Origin: an uncultured Candidatus Saccharibacteria bacterium
GTDB taxonomy: Bacteria > Patescibacteriota > Saccharimonadia > Saccharimonadales > UBA10212
DNA length: 64,000 bases
Reading direction: 5' to 3'
Assembly (NCBI GenBank): GCA_964483315.1
Contig: CAZAAL010000001.1
Location: 122,850-186,849 of the forward strand
Shown here: positions 40,492 through 49,724 of the stretch, in pieces
How the letters are laid out: every line of letters starts with the position of its first letter
Numbering within the stretch: position 1 is the stretch's first letter
Translations under genes and position numbers: made by a program
The notes under the pieces: model-generated
Seen by the model: only the letters and a program-made list of their open reading frames with translations
Told to the model about the DNA's origin: nothing
The model's database searches: none

Positions 40492-42264
40492 CTAGCTCTT
40501 GGTGGGTGAATCTCGGGTTGTAACTCCAATGTTTTCTAATATTGTATGGCCGATATGTTTGTGGTGAGACTTCTCTTCTTCTGTTTGACGTCGATGTTCC
40601 TGTAGGTATACTAGGTGTTTTTCGCGGAATTTTTTAAATTCAGCCTTGCTTAAGCCATTGCGTTTTATAAATGCGCTAATTTTTTCGCTACCGATATAAT
40701 GTGGAATCATAACGTAGCTGGCACCTAAGTCATATAAGGCATGGGCTTGTTCGGCGCTATCGGCATGGCAAATTACTACTGCTTTTGGATTGTGCTGATT
40801 CATAAATGTTAGCAAAAACTGAGTCGCATCGTGGTCTGTAATTGTAGCAACAACAAGTTTGGCATTTTTTATTCCAATTTCGTCCAGCATCTCAATGTCA
40901 GTTACATCGCCATATTGGTAATTTATATCTTTACGATCAAGCATGTCGACTACATCCGGATCATAGTCAACTACAATATAGCTTTTCTTTAACTGCTTAA
41001 ACACTTTAATAAATTCATGACCGCCTCTTTGGTAACCAATTAAAACAAAATCATAAGTAGCTTTCTTTTCGTGATTGTTTTTAGTATTTTTTCGCTCGAA
41101 TAATCCAAGATATGGTTCAAACTTAGCAAAAACTTTGTCACTGTAAATTATTAAGTACGTTGAAATTGCGATAGTAATAATTGCTATCACAGTTAAGGCA
41201 CCTACCATTTTATCGCCTACTAAGCCCTTTTGTTGGCCTAAAACAACCATAATTAGCGAGAATTCGCTTATTTGGGTCATGGCCGTAGCTGTTTTAAAGC
41301 TTGTTTGTTTGGTATAGCCTAACAGCCCAATTGCGCCTAATATTGCAAATGGCTTTAGTAACAGTACTAATGCTGTACCAGCAAGGATAATTGGGATTGC
41401 ATCAATTACAACGTCAAATATTAATCCACTACCTAATGATATAAAGAAGACGATAATGAAAAAATCTCTAAGTGGCCGCAGTCTGGCTGCAACCTCTTGG
41501 GCATAAGGGAGAGTTGACCAACAAATACCGGCAAACAATGCTCCAACCTCTAGCGAGAACCCAACGGCTTCAAATAATGTGGCGCTTCCAAAACCCCAAG
41601 CCATCGCAAACAAGAACAAAAACTCTTGACTACCAGCAACCATATTTTGGAGTTTAGGCAGTAACCTGGTGCTTATGTAATACATTGGCACGCCAACCAG
41701 GGCGCCTTTTAGAGCGAGTAAAAGCAGTGGTCCAATTTCCCAATCGCCTTGACTGCCACGACTAGCGATAATCAACAAGGCAACTGTTACTGTTACGTCT
41801 TCGACCAAAGACATACCGATTGCTATCTTGCCGTATAGCCTGGATTGGTCCCGTTTATCGCTTAAGAGTTTAAGAATAATAATAGTACTAGATATAGCTA
41901 AACCAAATCCAAAAAAGACTGCCTCGGTGTCGTTTAACCCAATCAACCGACCAACAAAAAAACCACCAATAGTGGTAATAACCACTTGTCCAAGTCCAGC
42001 AAAGATCGACACACTGCCGACCTCCTTAACGACTTTAGGGTTAAGACCAAGACCAATGATAAACAATAAAAGTGCAATACCGATACTGGCAAAAGTTTCA
42101 AAGGTTTCAGGGGATTTAGTAAATCCAAATACCAATGGTCCGACAATAACACCGGTAATGATATAGCCAATTACCAATGGCTGTTTTACCAGACGCATGA
42201 TAAAAGAGACTATCGCAGCAACGGCAAGAACTAAACTTAATTCTGTAAATACACTGGCATGCAT
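40492..42264 (-). CDS. cation:proton antiporter (CPA2/Kef-type) with C-terminal RCK/TrkA-N domain
   Basis: 12-13 TM helices, then a VLIGYQRGGHEFIKVF Rossmann (TrkA-N) domain. Confidence 0.8.
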   Translation of the reverse strand: MHASVFTELSLVLAVAAIVSFIMRLVKQPLVIGYIITGVIVGPLVFGFTKSPETFETFASIGIALLLFIIGLGLNPKVVKEVGSVSIFAGLGQVVITTIGGFFVGRLIGLNDTEAVFFGFGLAISSTIIILKLLSDKRDQSRLYGKIAIGMSLVEDVTVTVALLIIASRGSQGDWEIGPLLLLALKGALVGVPMYYISTRLLPKLQNMVAGSQEFLFLFAMAWGFGSATLFEAVGFSLEVGALFAGICWSTLPYAQEVAARLRPLRDFFIIVFFISLGSGLIFDVVIDAIPIILAGTALVLLLKPFAILGAIGLLGYTKQTSFKTATAMTQISEFSLIMVVLGQQKGLVGDKMVGALTVIAIITIAISTYLIIYSDKVFAKFEPYLGLFERKNTKNNHEKKATYDFVLIGYQRGGHEFIKVFKQLKKSYIVVDYDPDVVDMLDRKDINYQYGDVTDIEMLDEIGIKNAKLVVATITDHDATQFLLTFMNQHNPKAVVICHADSAEQAHALYDLGASYVMIPHYIGSEKISAFIKRNGLSKAEFKKFREKHLVYLQEHRRQTEEEKSHHKHIGHTILENIGVTTRDSPTKS

Positions 42265-42303
42265 GGTAAATCTATAACTAGTATTGTAACAGCTAAAGCT
42301 TAT

Positions 42304-43725
42304 CTAAAATAATGAGTAAATGGCGCCAAGGCCCGCGATTGCCATAATCGCGGTGACCCCCCAGCCAAAGGCAGTGGTGAATGGTTTGTTAACCCAATCG
42401 CCCATAATCTTTTTGTTCGAACTAAGCAGTACTATTAACGCTAAGATAACTGGGGCTACCAAGCCGTTAAATACAGCCGAATATATTAGGGCCTTAATTG
42501 GGTCAATCCCAAGAAAGTTAATGCCCAGACCAATTAAAATTGATATGATAATTACCCCATAAAAGGCATGGGCTTGTTTTAGAGTTTTATTTAAGCCTGA
42601 TTTGCGCCATCGCATACTCTCGCTAACAGCGTAACTACTACTGCCAGCTAAAACTGGGATAGCCAGTAGCCCGGTGCCAATTATGCCGATCGAAAATAAT
42701 AGCTTGCTTGATTCACCGGCAAAAGGTTCGAGTGCTGCTGCGGCTTCGCCTGCGGTTTTAATATCAGTAATACCTTGGCTAAACAAAACTGCTCCACAAG
42801 CTGCAATTATAAAAAACATCACAAGGTTAGATAAAAACATTCCGGTCCAAACATCAGCCCGCATTTTCTTTACTTCTTCGCCAGTTGCACCACTGCGTGA
42901 AGCTATATTGGTTTTGCCTTCTACTATTTGCTCTTCCACCTCTTGCGAAGTTTGCCAAAAGAACAAATATGGCGAAATGGTGGTACCAAGGATAGCACAA
43001 ACCAGTAGTAGTAAATCTTTGTTCCACTCAAGTTGTGGTGAAAAAACTGCCTTCCATACTTCGCCCCAGTTGATATCCGCAAGCATCGCAGCAAAGATAT
43101 AGGTAAACAAAACTAGGGCAAGCCATTTTAAGTATTTCGCATACTGCGCATAAGGTGTAAATATTTGCATGGCAATACTAAAAAGTGCAAATAAAATAAC
43201 CAACATGTTAAAACTAAGCCCAGGGTTTAAAAGGCGTGTGGCTTCGGCCATTGCTCCCAGATCAGCACCAATGTTTACGGCATTGGCTACAAAAAGTAGC
43301 AAAGTGCACATATATAGAATTTTCTTTGAAAAATGTAGACGAATGTTTCCAGCCAGACCACGCCCTGTCACTAAGCCAATACGGGCGCACATTTCTTGAA
43401 CAGCCGCCATCATTGGGAACGTCACAAAGGATAACCAAAGTAACTGGAACCCATATTTAGCACCGGCTTGAGAATAAGTTGCAATACCCGAAGGATCATC
43501 ATCACTAGCACCCGTAGTTAAGCCAGGTCCTAGTGTGTGCCAGAATTCTTTAGTTTTTTGGGTTGATTTCTTTATTCCGTCTTTGCTTTTTTGGATAGTT
43601 TCTTTGCCCATCTCAAGGGTCTCTTTGCCATGCAGGGTTTTGGCTACTTTTCCGGTTTGGGTAACGGTTTTATCAAGAGCTTCAGCGGGTGCTTCTGCAA
43701 TTTTTTCAATAATATCTTTAGCCAT
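42304..43725 (-). CDS. mntH: NRAMP family divalent metal (Mn2+/Fe2+) transporter
   Basis: GPGLTTGASDDDPSGIATYSQAGAKYGFQLLWLSFVTFPMMAAVQEMCARIGLVTG is the NRAMP consensus. Has an extra ~60-aa K/E/T-rich N-terminal extension. Confidence 0.8.
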   Translation of the reverse strand: MAKDIIEKIAEAPAEALDKTVTQTGKVAKTLHGKETLEMGKETIQKSKDGIKKSTQKTKEFWHTLGPGLTTGASDDDPSGIATYSQAGAKYGFQLLWLSFVTFPMMAAVQEMCARIGLVTGRGLAGNIRLHFSKKILYMCTLLLFVANAVNIGADLGAMAEATRLLNPGLSFNMLVILFALFSIAMQIFTPYAQYAKYLKWLALVLFTYIFAAMLADINWGEVWKAVFSPQLEWNKDLLLLVCAILGTTISPYLFFWQTSQEVEEQIVEGKTNIASRSGATGEEVKKMRADVWTGMFLSNLVMFFIIAACGAVLFSQGITDIKTAGEAAAALEPFAGESSKLLFSIGIIGTGLLAIPVLAGSSSYAVSESMRWRKSGLNKTLKQAHAFYGVIIISILIGLGINFLGIDPIKALIYSAVFNGLVAPVILALIVLLSSNKKIMGDWVNKPFTTAFGWGVTAIMAIAGLGAIYSLF

Positions 43726-43765
43726 GGTTATTGCTTATGTTAAACCGACAATCCAATTTATACAA

Positions 43766-43795
43766 CTATCATTACGTTTAAGCTTATGCTACAAT
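43766..43795 (+). promoter_or_regulatory. promoter-like motif ATTACG..TTATGCTACAAT (extended -10)
   Basis: Near-identical to the motif at 54470-54488. Would drive plus-strand transcription across the small SD-ORF at 43941-44033. Confidence 0.35.
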
Positions 43796-44057
43796 ATCTG
43801 CATTGCTGTAACTTTAAGAATAACTAAACTCTCGCAATTGTAGTTATCAAGCAAAAAGTTACACCAAAGATAAAAACTTAGGGTAAAAATCGTTGTGAGA
43901 GCGACTACCCAAACAAAAATAATAAAATCGGAGGCTGGGAATGCCAGTTAAAATTACCATTGTGCCCTCACGGCCACGCAAGGTATCGGTGCGTGTTTTA
44001 CGCGCTCCATGGCAACAATTTATTGCATATTAAGTACTAGGTGGAGTAACTAGTATT

Positions 44058-44738
44058 TTACTGGTTTTGGCCAGAGTTTGACTGTTTAGCAATAGCTTCG
44101 TCGATTAGCTTGTAAAAGCTTTCGATGTCGCGTGGAGTAGATTCTACTTTAACCCCATTTATGAAAAAGGTTGGCGTAGACGAGACCCCATTGTCTTTAC
44201 CTTTGCTTATATCGGCATTAATAATGCCATTTGTTTCAGAACTGGCTACATCTGCTCGGAACTGGTCCATATTTAAGCTAAGTTGAGTTGCATAGTCTTC
44301 AAAAATTCCTTTTGGATCAGACACAGACTCCCAAGCCTGTTGGTTTTCGTACAATTTGTCGTGCATTTCCCAGAACTTGTTTTGTTTGGCTGCCGCTTCG
44401 GCGGCTCTGTGGGCAGCTCGGGCATTTTGGTGGATGCTATCAAGTGGGAAATTAATAAACTGAAAGGTAATGTCTTCTTTGTACTTTTCTTTAACTTGTT
44501 TGATGATTGGGAAGTAGGCAGCACATGCCGGGCACTGAAAGTCAGCATATTCTGCCAAAGTGACGTTTTTTTTGCCCTCTCCATACGTATGGTTAGAGGT
44601 TTGAGCTTGAGCTGAGCTGTTGCCACCATTGTCGCTGGAGTCTTTTTTGTTAAATGCCAAAAATCCACCAAATACCACCGCAAGTAAAACTAAAATTAGT
44701 ATAAATCGTCGTTCCATCAGTCCCTCACTTTTATTCAA
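44058..44738 (-). CDS. DsbA-like thioredoxin-fold thiol:disulfide oxidoreductase, membrane-anchored
   Basis: CPACAAY (CxxC) active site. N-terminal TM helix. Confidence 0.8.
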   Translation of the reverse strand: MNKSEGLMERRFILILVLLAVVFGGFLAFNKKDSSDNGGNSSAQAQTSNHTYGEGKKNVTLAEYADFQCPACAAYFPIIKQVKEKYKEDITFQFINFPLDSIHQNARAAHRAAEAAAKQNKFWEMHDKLYENQQAWESVSDPKGIFEDYATQLSLNMDQFRADVASSETNGIINADISKGKDNGVSSTPTFFINGVKVESTPRDIESFYKLIDEAIAKQSNSGQNQ

Positions 44739-44800
44739 TATTACTATTTTATAATAACAGGCTCTGGCATAAACAGGGCTATAAGCTGTAAGATTATGTC

Positions 44801-45874
44801 ATGGGTGTGCTATTTATCTACATTTTACTGTTGGTACTTGTTATTGCGTCAATCTCCACACTAAAGGCCTATAAATCGGTTCCGCTAAAAGAACTAAGGC
44901 GTCGTGCGCGTAAGGGTAACAAAGCTGAATCATCATATTATAAAGTCGCGAATTATGGCAGAAGCGCTGATATATTACTATGGGTATTGATTAGCTTAGG
45001 CTCGGCCGGGTTGGTTATACGGCTTTCGGGCGATTTGAACACTTGGTTAGCTTTTGGTCTTGTCTTCATATTTGTTGTGACATTTTTTTGGCTTGCACCT
45101 TCAAGGCAGGTTTCGGTTATAAATCAAAAAATGGCAATATTATTCTCACCGATTTTTGCAAAGCTTTTATCTATTTTAATGCCCATATTAAAGTGGCTAG
45201 AACTTAAGCTTGATAAATTTGTCCCAATAAATTTTCATAATGGTGTATACGAAAAAGAAGATCTTATTGAACTGCTTGAATCACAGAAAACGCAACCAGG
45301 CAACCGACTAACCGAACAAGAGCTAACAATTGCGATTAATTCACTTAGTTTTTCTGACAAAATAGTTCGTGATGTCATGACACCAAAACGAGTAATGAAA
45401 AGTTTAATGGCCTCCGATCAAATAAGTCCACATATTTTAGATGAGATTCATTCGTCTGGTTTTAGTCGAATCCCCGTCTACGAAAAAGACGAAGAAGGCC
45501 GGGAAAAAGTTGTCGGAATTTTATATACAAAAGATTTAATTGATGCTGTGCATGCCGGCTCTGTTGGTGGCGTTATGGATAAAAAAGTTTACTATGTTCA
45601 AGAAGAGCTTGATCTTGGTCACGTTTTGAGCGCATTTTTAAAAACAAAACATCATCTTTATGTAGTTGTTAATAATTTTGAGGAAGTTGTTGGCGTGATA
45701 AGTATCGAAGACGTTCTAGAACAAGTAATTGGTGTAAAAATCGTAGATGAATTTGATAGTTTTGACGATTTAAGAGCAGTTGCTGGGCTCGAAGCTAAAA
45801 AAGATAAAAAATCAAACAATCATGCGGTCGAGCCCGCAAAACCTGAACAAACAGATGAAATAGTGGTAGAATAA
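44801..45874 (+). CDS. CNNM/CorC-type (DUF21 + CBS pair) Mg/Co transporter-like protein
   Basis: TM DUF21 region followed by a tandem CBS domain (DVMTPKRVMKSL...; VISIEDVLEQVIG). Confidence 0.7.
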   Translation: MGVLFIYILLLVLVIASISTLKAYKSVPLKELRRRARKGNKAESSYYKVANYGRSADILLWVLISLGSAGLVIRLSGDLNTWLAFGLVFIFVVTFFWLAPSRQVSVINQKMAILFSPIFAKLLSILMPILKWLELKLDKFVPINFHNGVYEKEDLIELLESQKTQPGNRLTEQELTIAINSLSFSDKIVRDVMTPKRVMKSLMASDQISPHILDEIHSSGFSRIPVYEKDEEGREKVVGILYTKDLIDAVHAGSVGGVMDKKVYYVQEELDLGHVLSAFLKTKHHLYVVVNNFEEVVGVISIEDVLEQVIGVKIVDEFDSFDDLRAVAGLEAKKDKKSNNHAVEPAKPEQTDEIVVE

Positions 45875-45881
45875 TACCGAT

Positions 45882-47195
45882 ATGAAAAGAGTTTTAACCA
45901 GTGATGTGTCTGCTCACATTGGCAAAGAGGTTTTTTTGCAGGGTTGGCTACACAAAAAACGACTTTTAGGTGGGCTAACTTTTATTAACTTGCGAGACAG
46001 GCGTGGGATTGTTCAGATTTTAATTGAAGATAAAGACGAGGTTGAAAAACTTCGTGGTCTTCAAATTGGTACGGTTTTAGAAGTTACCGGTAAAGTTTAT
46101 GAGGAGCCACGTGCGCCAGGTGGGGCCGAAGTCCATGAGCCAAAGCTAAACGTTATCATGCCGGTTACTGACGAGCCACCAATTGAGATTGATAAGCCGT
46201 TAAGTCATAAACCAGATCATCTAGATACGCTATTGGATAACCGCGTCATTGGGCTACGTAATCTACAAGAAACTAAGATTTTTAAAATTCGTAGTTCTTT
46301 AGTCCGTTATATCCGCGAATTTTTATATGAGCAAGATTTTACCGAAATCCAAACTCCTAAATTACTTGCTGGTGCTACTGAGGGTGGTGCCGAGGTTTTT
46401 AAAACCGATTATTTTGGCAAAGAGGCTACACTAGCCCAAAGCCCACAATTTTATAAGCAAATGATGGTAGGTGTTTTTGAGCGCGTGTTTGAAATTGGCC
46501 CAACCTTTAGAGCTGAGCCCAGTGCAACAACCCGCCACGTGTCAGAGGTAACCATGCTCGATATCGAGATGGGTTTTATAAAAGGCCATTCAGATGTTTT
46601 GGATATGGTCCAAAACCTTACATATAGTGTTTTAACAAGAGCATACAAAGACCATGCAGACGACCTAAAAAGCCTAAATGCACCGGAGCTAGTTTTAAAG
46701 CCCGAGTTTCCACGCTTTACGGTTGATGAGGTTCACGAGATGTACACCAAAGCAACCGGCACAAAAACTGTAGGCGAAAAGGATCTACGCCCAGACGAAG
46801 AAAAATGGATATGCGAACACGCGCGTAAAGAACTTGGATGCGAGGCAGTTTTTGTTAGCGAATTTCCAGTTGAGGCTATGAAGTTTTATCACAAAATTAG
46901 CCCAGAAAATCCCAAAAAAGTTTTGTGGGCCGACTTATTGTTTAGGGGCTTAGAGATTGCAACTTGCCCAATGCGTGAAAACGACCACAAAAAACTTATT
47001 GAGCAAATGAAGTCGGCTGGTGTCGACCCTGAGCACCCAGGCTTTAAGTACTTTTTACAGGCCTTTAAATATGGCTTACCACCACACGGTGGCTGTGGTT
47101 ACGGAATCGATCGACTAGTCGAAAAAACAATTGGGCTAAACAACGTCAAAGAGGCAATCTTATTCCCCCGCGACATCAACCGCCTAACCCCATAG
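45882..47195 (+). CDS. aspS: aspartate--tRNA ligase, archaeal/type-2 form
   Basis: Class II motifs FRAEPSATTRHVSEVTMLDIEMGF and GLPPHGGCGYGIDRLV. C-terminal ...ILFPRDINRLTP is typical of short archaeal-type AspRS, not AsnRS. Confidence 0.75.
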   Translation: MKRVLTSDVSAHIGKEVFLQGWLHKKRLLGGLTFINLRDRRGIVQILIEDKDEVEKLRGLQIGTVLEVTGKVYEEPRAPGGAEVHEPKLNVIMPVTDEPPIEIDKPLSHKPDHLDTLLDNRVIGLRNLQETKIFKIRSSLVRYIREFLYEQDFTEIQTPKLLAGATEGGAEVFKTDYFGKEATLAQSPQFYKQMMVGVFERVFEIGPTFRAEPSATTRHVSEVTMLDIEMGFIKGHSDVLDMVQNLTYSVLTRAYKDHADDLKSLNAPELVLKPEFPRFTVDEVHEMYTKATGTKTVGEKDLRPDEEKWICEHARKELGCEAVFVSEFPVEAMKFYHKISPENPKKVLWADLLFRGLEIATCPMRENDHKKLIEQMKSAGVDPEHPGFKYFLQAFKYGLPPHGGCGYGIDRLVEKTIGLNNVKEAILFPRDINRLTP

Positions 47196-47212
47196 GTAGT
47201 AAAGGAGTAATA

Positions 47213-47596
47213 ATGATAACTATTTTAGTAGATGCGATTGACGGCCTAATAAATGATGACGGAACGGTTTTTGAGGAAATGCATTCACTGCTCGAGACAT
47301 ATCCTAACAATAAAATTGTTTTAACCGGTGCGAACGATGAGCAGTTTAAGCAATTTAAGTTAGATAAGTGCCCGTATCCAGTTTTTACGCTTAAACATAA
47401 TCCTGAAAAAACAGACCCACAATATTACAAAATTCTTCTTAAAAACTACAATTTGAAAGCCAATGAAGTTATATATTTTGAGCATAATGAAGATGCTGTA
47501 AAAAGTGCCAAGTCGGTTGGAATAAATTCCTACTTTTATGACCATACAAAAAAAGATTTAGCCAGTTTAAAGAAATTTATCGACATTAACCTATAA
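47213..47596 (+). CDS. hypothetical protein
   Basis: 127 aa with a good SD (aaaggag). No motif recognised. Confidence 0.45.
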   Translation: MITILVDAIDGLINDDGTVFEEMHSLLETYPNNKIVLTGANDEQFKQFKLDKCPYPVFTLKHNPEKTDPQYYKILLKNYNLKANEVIYFEHNEDAVKSAKSVGINSYFYDHTKKDLASLKKFIDINL

Positions 47597-47605
47597 AAAG
47601 CGAAT

Positions 47606-47639
47606 GCCCCGCACCCAGTCCGAAGACCAAGTGCGGGGC
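47606..47639 (-). terminator. GC-rich hairpin terminator of the second foreign operon (possibly bidirectional)
   Basis: gccccgcac ...16 nt... gtgcggggc, followed on the minus strand by auucgcuuuuu. Confidence 0.6.
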
Positions 47640-47650
47640 AGGTTGTGGGT

Positions 47651-47743
47651 TTACTTGTTTCTCTTACTCCTGCGCCACCTGATGACCGAGAGCAGAACTC
47701 CCGTGACAGCGAGAAGCAGGATGATGGTGATAACACCGTTCAT
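47651..47743 (-). CDS. 30-aa hydrophobic peptide (MNGVITIILLLAVTGVLLSVIRWRRSKRNK), translationally coupled
   Basis: Its ATG overlaps the TGA of the upstream 130-aa ORF (cgATGAac). GC-rich codons. The ORF track's longer 47651-47860 frame is rejected upstream of this ATG. Confidence 0.45.
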   Translation of the reverse strand: MNGVITIILLLAVTGVLLSVIRWRRSKRNK

Positions 47744-48132
47744 CGACAGTACCTCCCGATTTTGGGATCGGATGGACTGTAGGCGATTGGCACGATCTGC
47801 GGAGCAAAGGGCACAGGTACTATCTTGATCCTGATGCACTTGCCGTCTGCCAGAGCCCACGCTGCTCTTGCTGCGACCAGCGACAAGCCGGCCGAAACAA
47901 TCACGTTCGCAGGCGGAGGCAGTGCAGCTGCCAACGCCGAACCAGCTCCCGTTCCGATTCCGAACTTTTCAGTGCCACGCTTGGACAGGTAAACGTCACC
48001 TGTCACCCGGTGCCACTTAAAGACGTAGTCGGGCGGTTGCCGTTTGGGCTTATCGCCAGCCAGCGCCGGTGTTGCCACCAACGCTGACAGGCTTAGCCCA
48101 ATGAACAGTGTCACAATCTTGAGCTTCATCAC
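47740..48132 (-). CDS. secreted hypothetical protein in the second high-GC foreign island
   Basis: Signal peptide MMKLKIVTLFIGLSLSALVATPALA. SD GGAG 8 nt upstream. GC about 58-60% against about 38% background. Confidence 0.6.
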   Translation of the reverse strand: MMKLKIVTLFIGLSLSALVATPALAGDKPKRQPPDYVFKWHRVTGDVYLSKRGTEKFGIGTGAGSALAAALPPPANVIVSAGLSLVAARAAWALADGKCIRIKIVPVPFAPQIVPIAYSPSDPKIGRYCR

Positions 48133-48223
48133 TGAAGCTCCTTTCGATTAGGGGTCAGTTTACCCAACCCCCCCATTCGAAAGTGATACATCACGGAGAG
48201 TCCCACCTCACCGCAATCACGCT

Positions 48224-48252
48224 ATTTTACCATAACCATAATAAAAAGTCAA
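48224..48252 (-). promoter_or_regulatory. sigma70-like promoter (TTGACT-17-TAAAAT) for the second foreign operon
   Basis: Minus-strand ATATATTGACTTTTTATTA... is nearly identical to the -35 region upstream of the first island (ATATATTGACATTTTATTA). Confidence 0.45.
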
Positions 48253-48333
48253 TATATTACTAACTAAAGTCCACTTTACTAGATTTAATTTTATTGGTGG
48301 TTTATATTCTGTTTAGCTAAGGAGTTAAAGCTT

Positions 48334-49035
48334 ATGGCTTACGAGGCAAAAATTCACAACGCTCAGACCAGCATTTTGCGGGAGCTATTATTTAGGCCAT
48401 CTGCTGGGTATGCCGAACTCCAAAAACCGACCAAGCTAACGAGTGATCACTTTAACTTTCATATTAGCCGATTAGTTGAAATTGGCTACGTTGAAAAGGT
48501 ATCACGCGGAAAGTACAAGCTAACTCCGCGCGGAAAAGAATATGCCAACAAACTTGATACCGATAGAAACATCATAGAGCCACAACCAAAAAGTGCCGTT
48601 ATTTTAGCAATTAGGCGAGGTGATGAGTTTTTGTTTCAGGAACGCTTAAAGCATCCATACTATGGATTTTGGGGATTCCCTTCAGGCAAAATTCGATGGG
48701 GTGAAAGAATCCTAGAGACCGCCGAGCGAGAACTTATGGAAGAAACCGGACTAACAGCCGAAGACTTTAACCATAAAGGTATATATCATGAGCAGGTTTT
48801 TCAGGCCGAAAATGGCGAACAGCTTGAGGACAAAATTTTCCATATAATTCTGTGCACCAATACCCAAGGCAAACTGATTGAAAAGTTTGAGGGTGGGCGC
48901 AACGCATGGATGAATCTAGAACAAATATCTAAAGAAAAAAAGATATTCGAAAGCTATAAGTTTGAGGCAGATATTGCACTTGGCAAATTAGAATTTATCG
49001 AACGAAAAGTTCAGTACAAAAAAACCCAATTCTAA
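48334..49035 (+). CDS. winged-helix + NUDIX hydrolase domain protein
   Basis: N-terminal wHTH (ILRELLFRPSAGYAELQKPTKLTSDHFNFHISRLVEIGYV). Nudix box GKIRWGERILETAERELMEETGL. Confidence 0.7.
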   Translation: MAYEAKIHNAQTSILRELLFRPSAGYAELQKPTKLTSDHFNFHISRLVEIGYVEKVSRGKYKLTPRGKEYANKLDTDRNIIEPQPKSAVILAIRRGDEFLFQERLKHPYYGFWGFPSGKIRWGERILETAERELMEETGLTAEDFNHKGIYHEQVFQAENGEQLEDKIFHIILCTNTQGKLIEKFEGGRNAWMNLEQISKEKKIFESYKFEADIALGKLEFIERKVQYKKTQF

Positions 49036-49083
49036 AAGCAAAATGATAACTTAAATGATAAACTTAAGCTAATTAGCTTAAAG

Positions 49084-49674
49084 GTGCTGGTGGTGCAAAA
49101 ACTCAAACAACCAATTCTAGTTATAATGGCGCTGTTATTACTTTTTTGCTCGGTCGGAGCATTTATATATTTAAATGACCAGCAAAATAAAAAAGTTAGA
49201 GAACAACAAGAAAAAGATGCGAACATAGAATACAATACGATTATTGTTCATGCTTGTGATATATACCAACTTGCTGATGCCCAAAAACTTCTAGGTGACC
49301 AAGTTAAATATGAGGATACGACCGTCGGTGCTGAAAGTTCTGGCGACATTGATGTATCAGCTTGCTCTTACTCTACACCATTTAAAACCGTGACCGAGCT
49401 AAACTCTGCAAAAACATCAAGTCTTTTAGTAAGAACCCCCAAAACTGCCAAGGGGGCACTTGCCAATAGGGATAACTTTAATAATGAAAAGCCAGCTGAT
49501 GCGCAAGACATTTTAGGCTATGGTAATCAAGCATATTGGGTGCCATCAAAAGCCCAACTAAAAGTATATAAAGATGGTAATTTGATTATAATGAGCGCCG
49601 GTAATTTAAGAGTTGAAAAACGGACACTAGAAGAAACTAAAAAATTAGCCGACATTATTATGCCAAAAATTTAG
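49084..49674 (+). CDS. hypothetical secreted/membrane-anchored protein
   Basis: N-terminal TM (ILVIMALLLLFCSVGAFIYL). 196 aa. Confidence 0.45.
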   Translation: MLVVQKLKQPILVIMALLLLFCSVGAFIYLNDQQNKKVREQQEKDANIEYNTIIVHACDIYQLADAQKLLGDQVKYEDTTVGAESSGDIDVSACSYSTPFKTVTELNSAKTSSLLVRTPKTAKGALANRDNFNNEKPADAQDILGYGNQAYWVPSKAQLKVYKDGNLIIMSAGNLRVEKRTLEETKKLADIIMPKI

Positions 49675-49724
49675 CTTGGCAAAATAAAACAAAAGCATAT
49701 AATTCAAACTAATAAATAGGGTAG

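Noticed and set aside
40274-40495. 73-aa Cys-rich ORF overlapping the 3' end of 39063-40382
   Set aside because: Overlaps the preceding gene by more than 100 nt out of frame. Only the last 32 codons (from ATG 40397) are non-overlapping, and the SD is weak. Kept as a possibility but not called.
47604-47860. ORF-track frames 47604-47828 (+) and the long version of 47651-47860 (-)
   Set aside because: The plus frame is antisense junk in GC-rich DNA. The minus frame upstream of ATG 47743 overlaps the 130-aa secreted-protein gene out of frame. Only the 30-aa coupled peptide is plausible.
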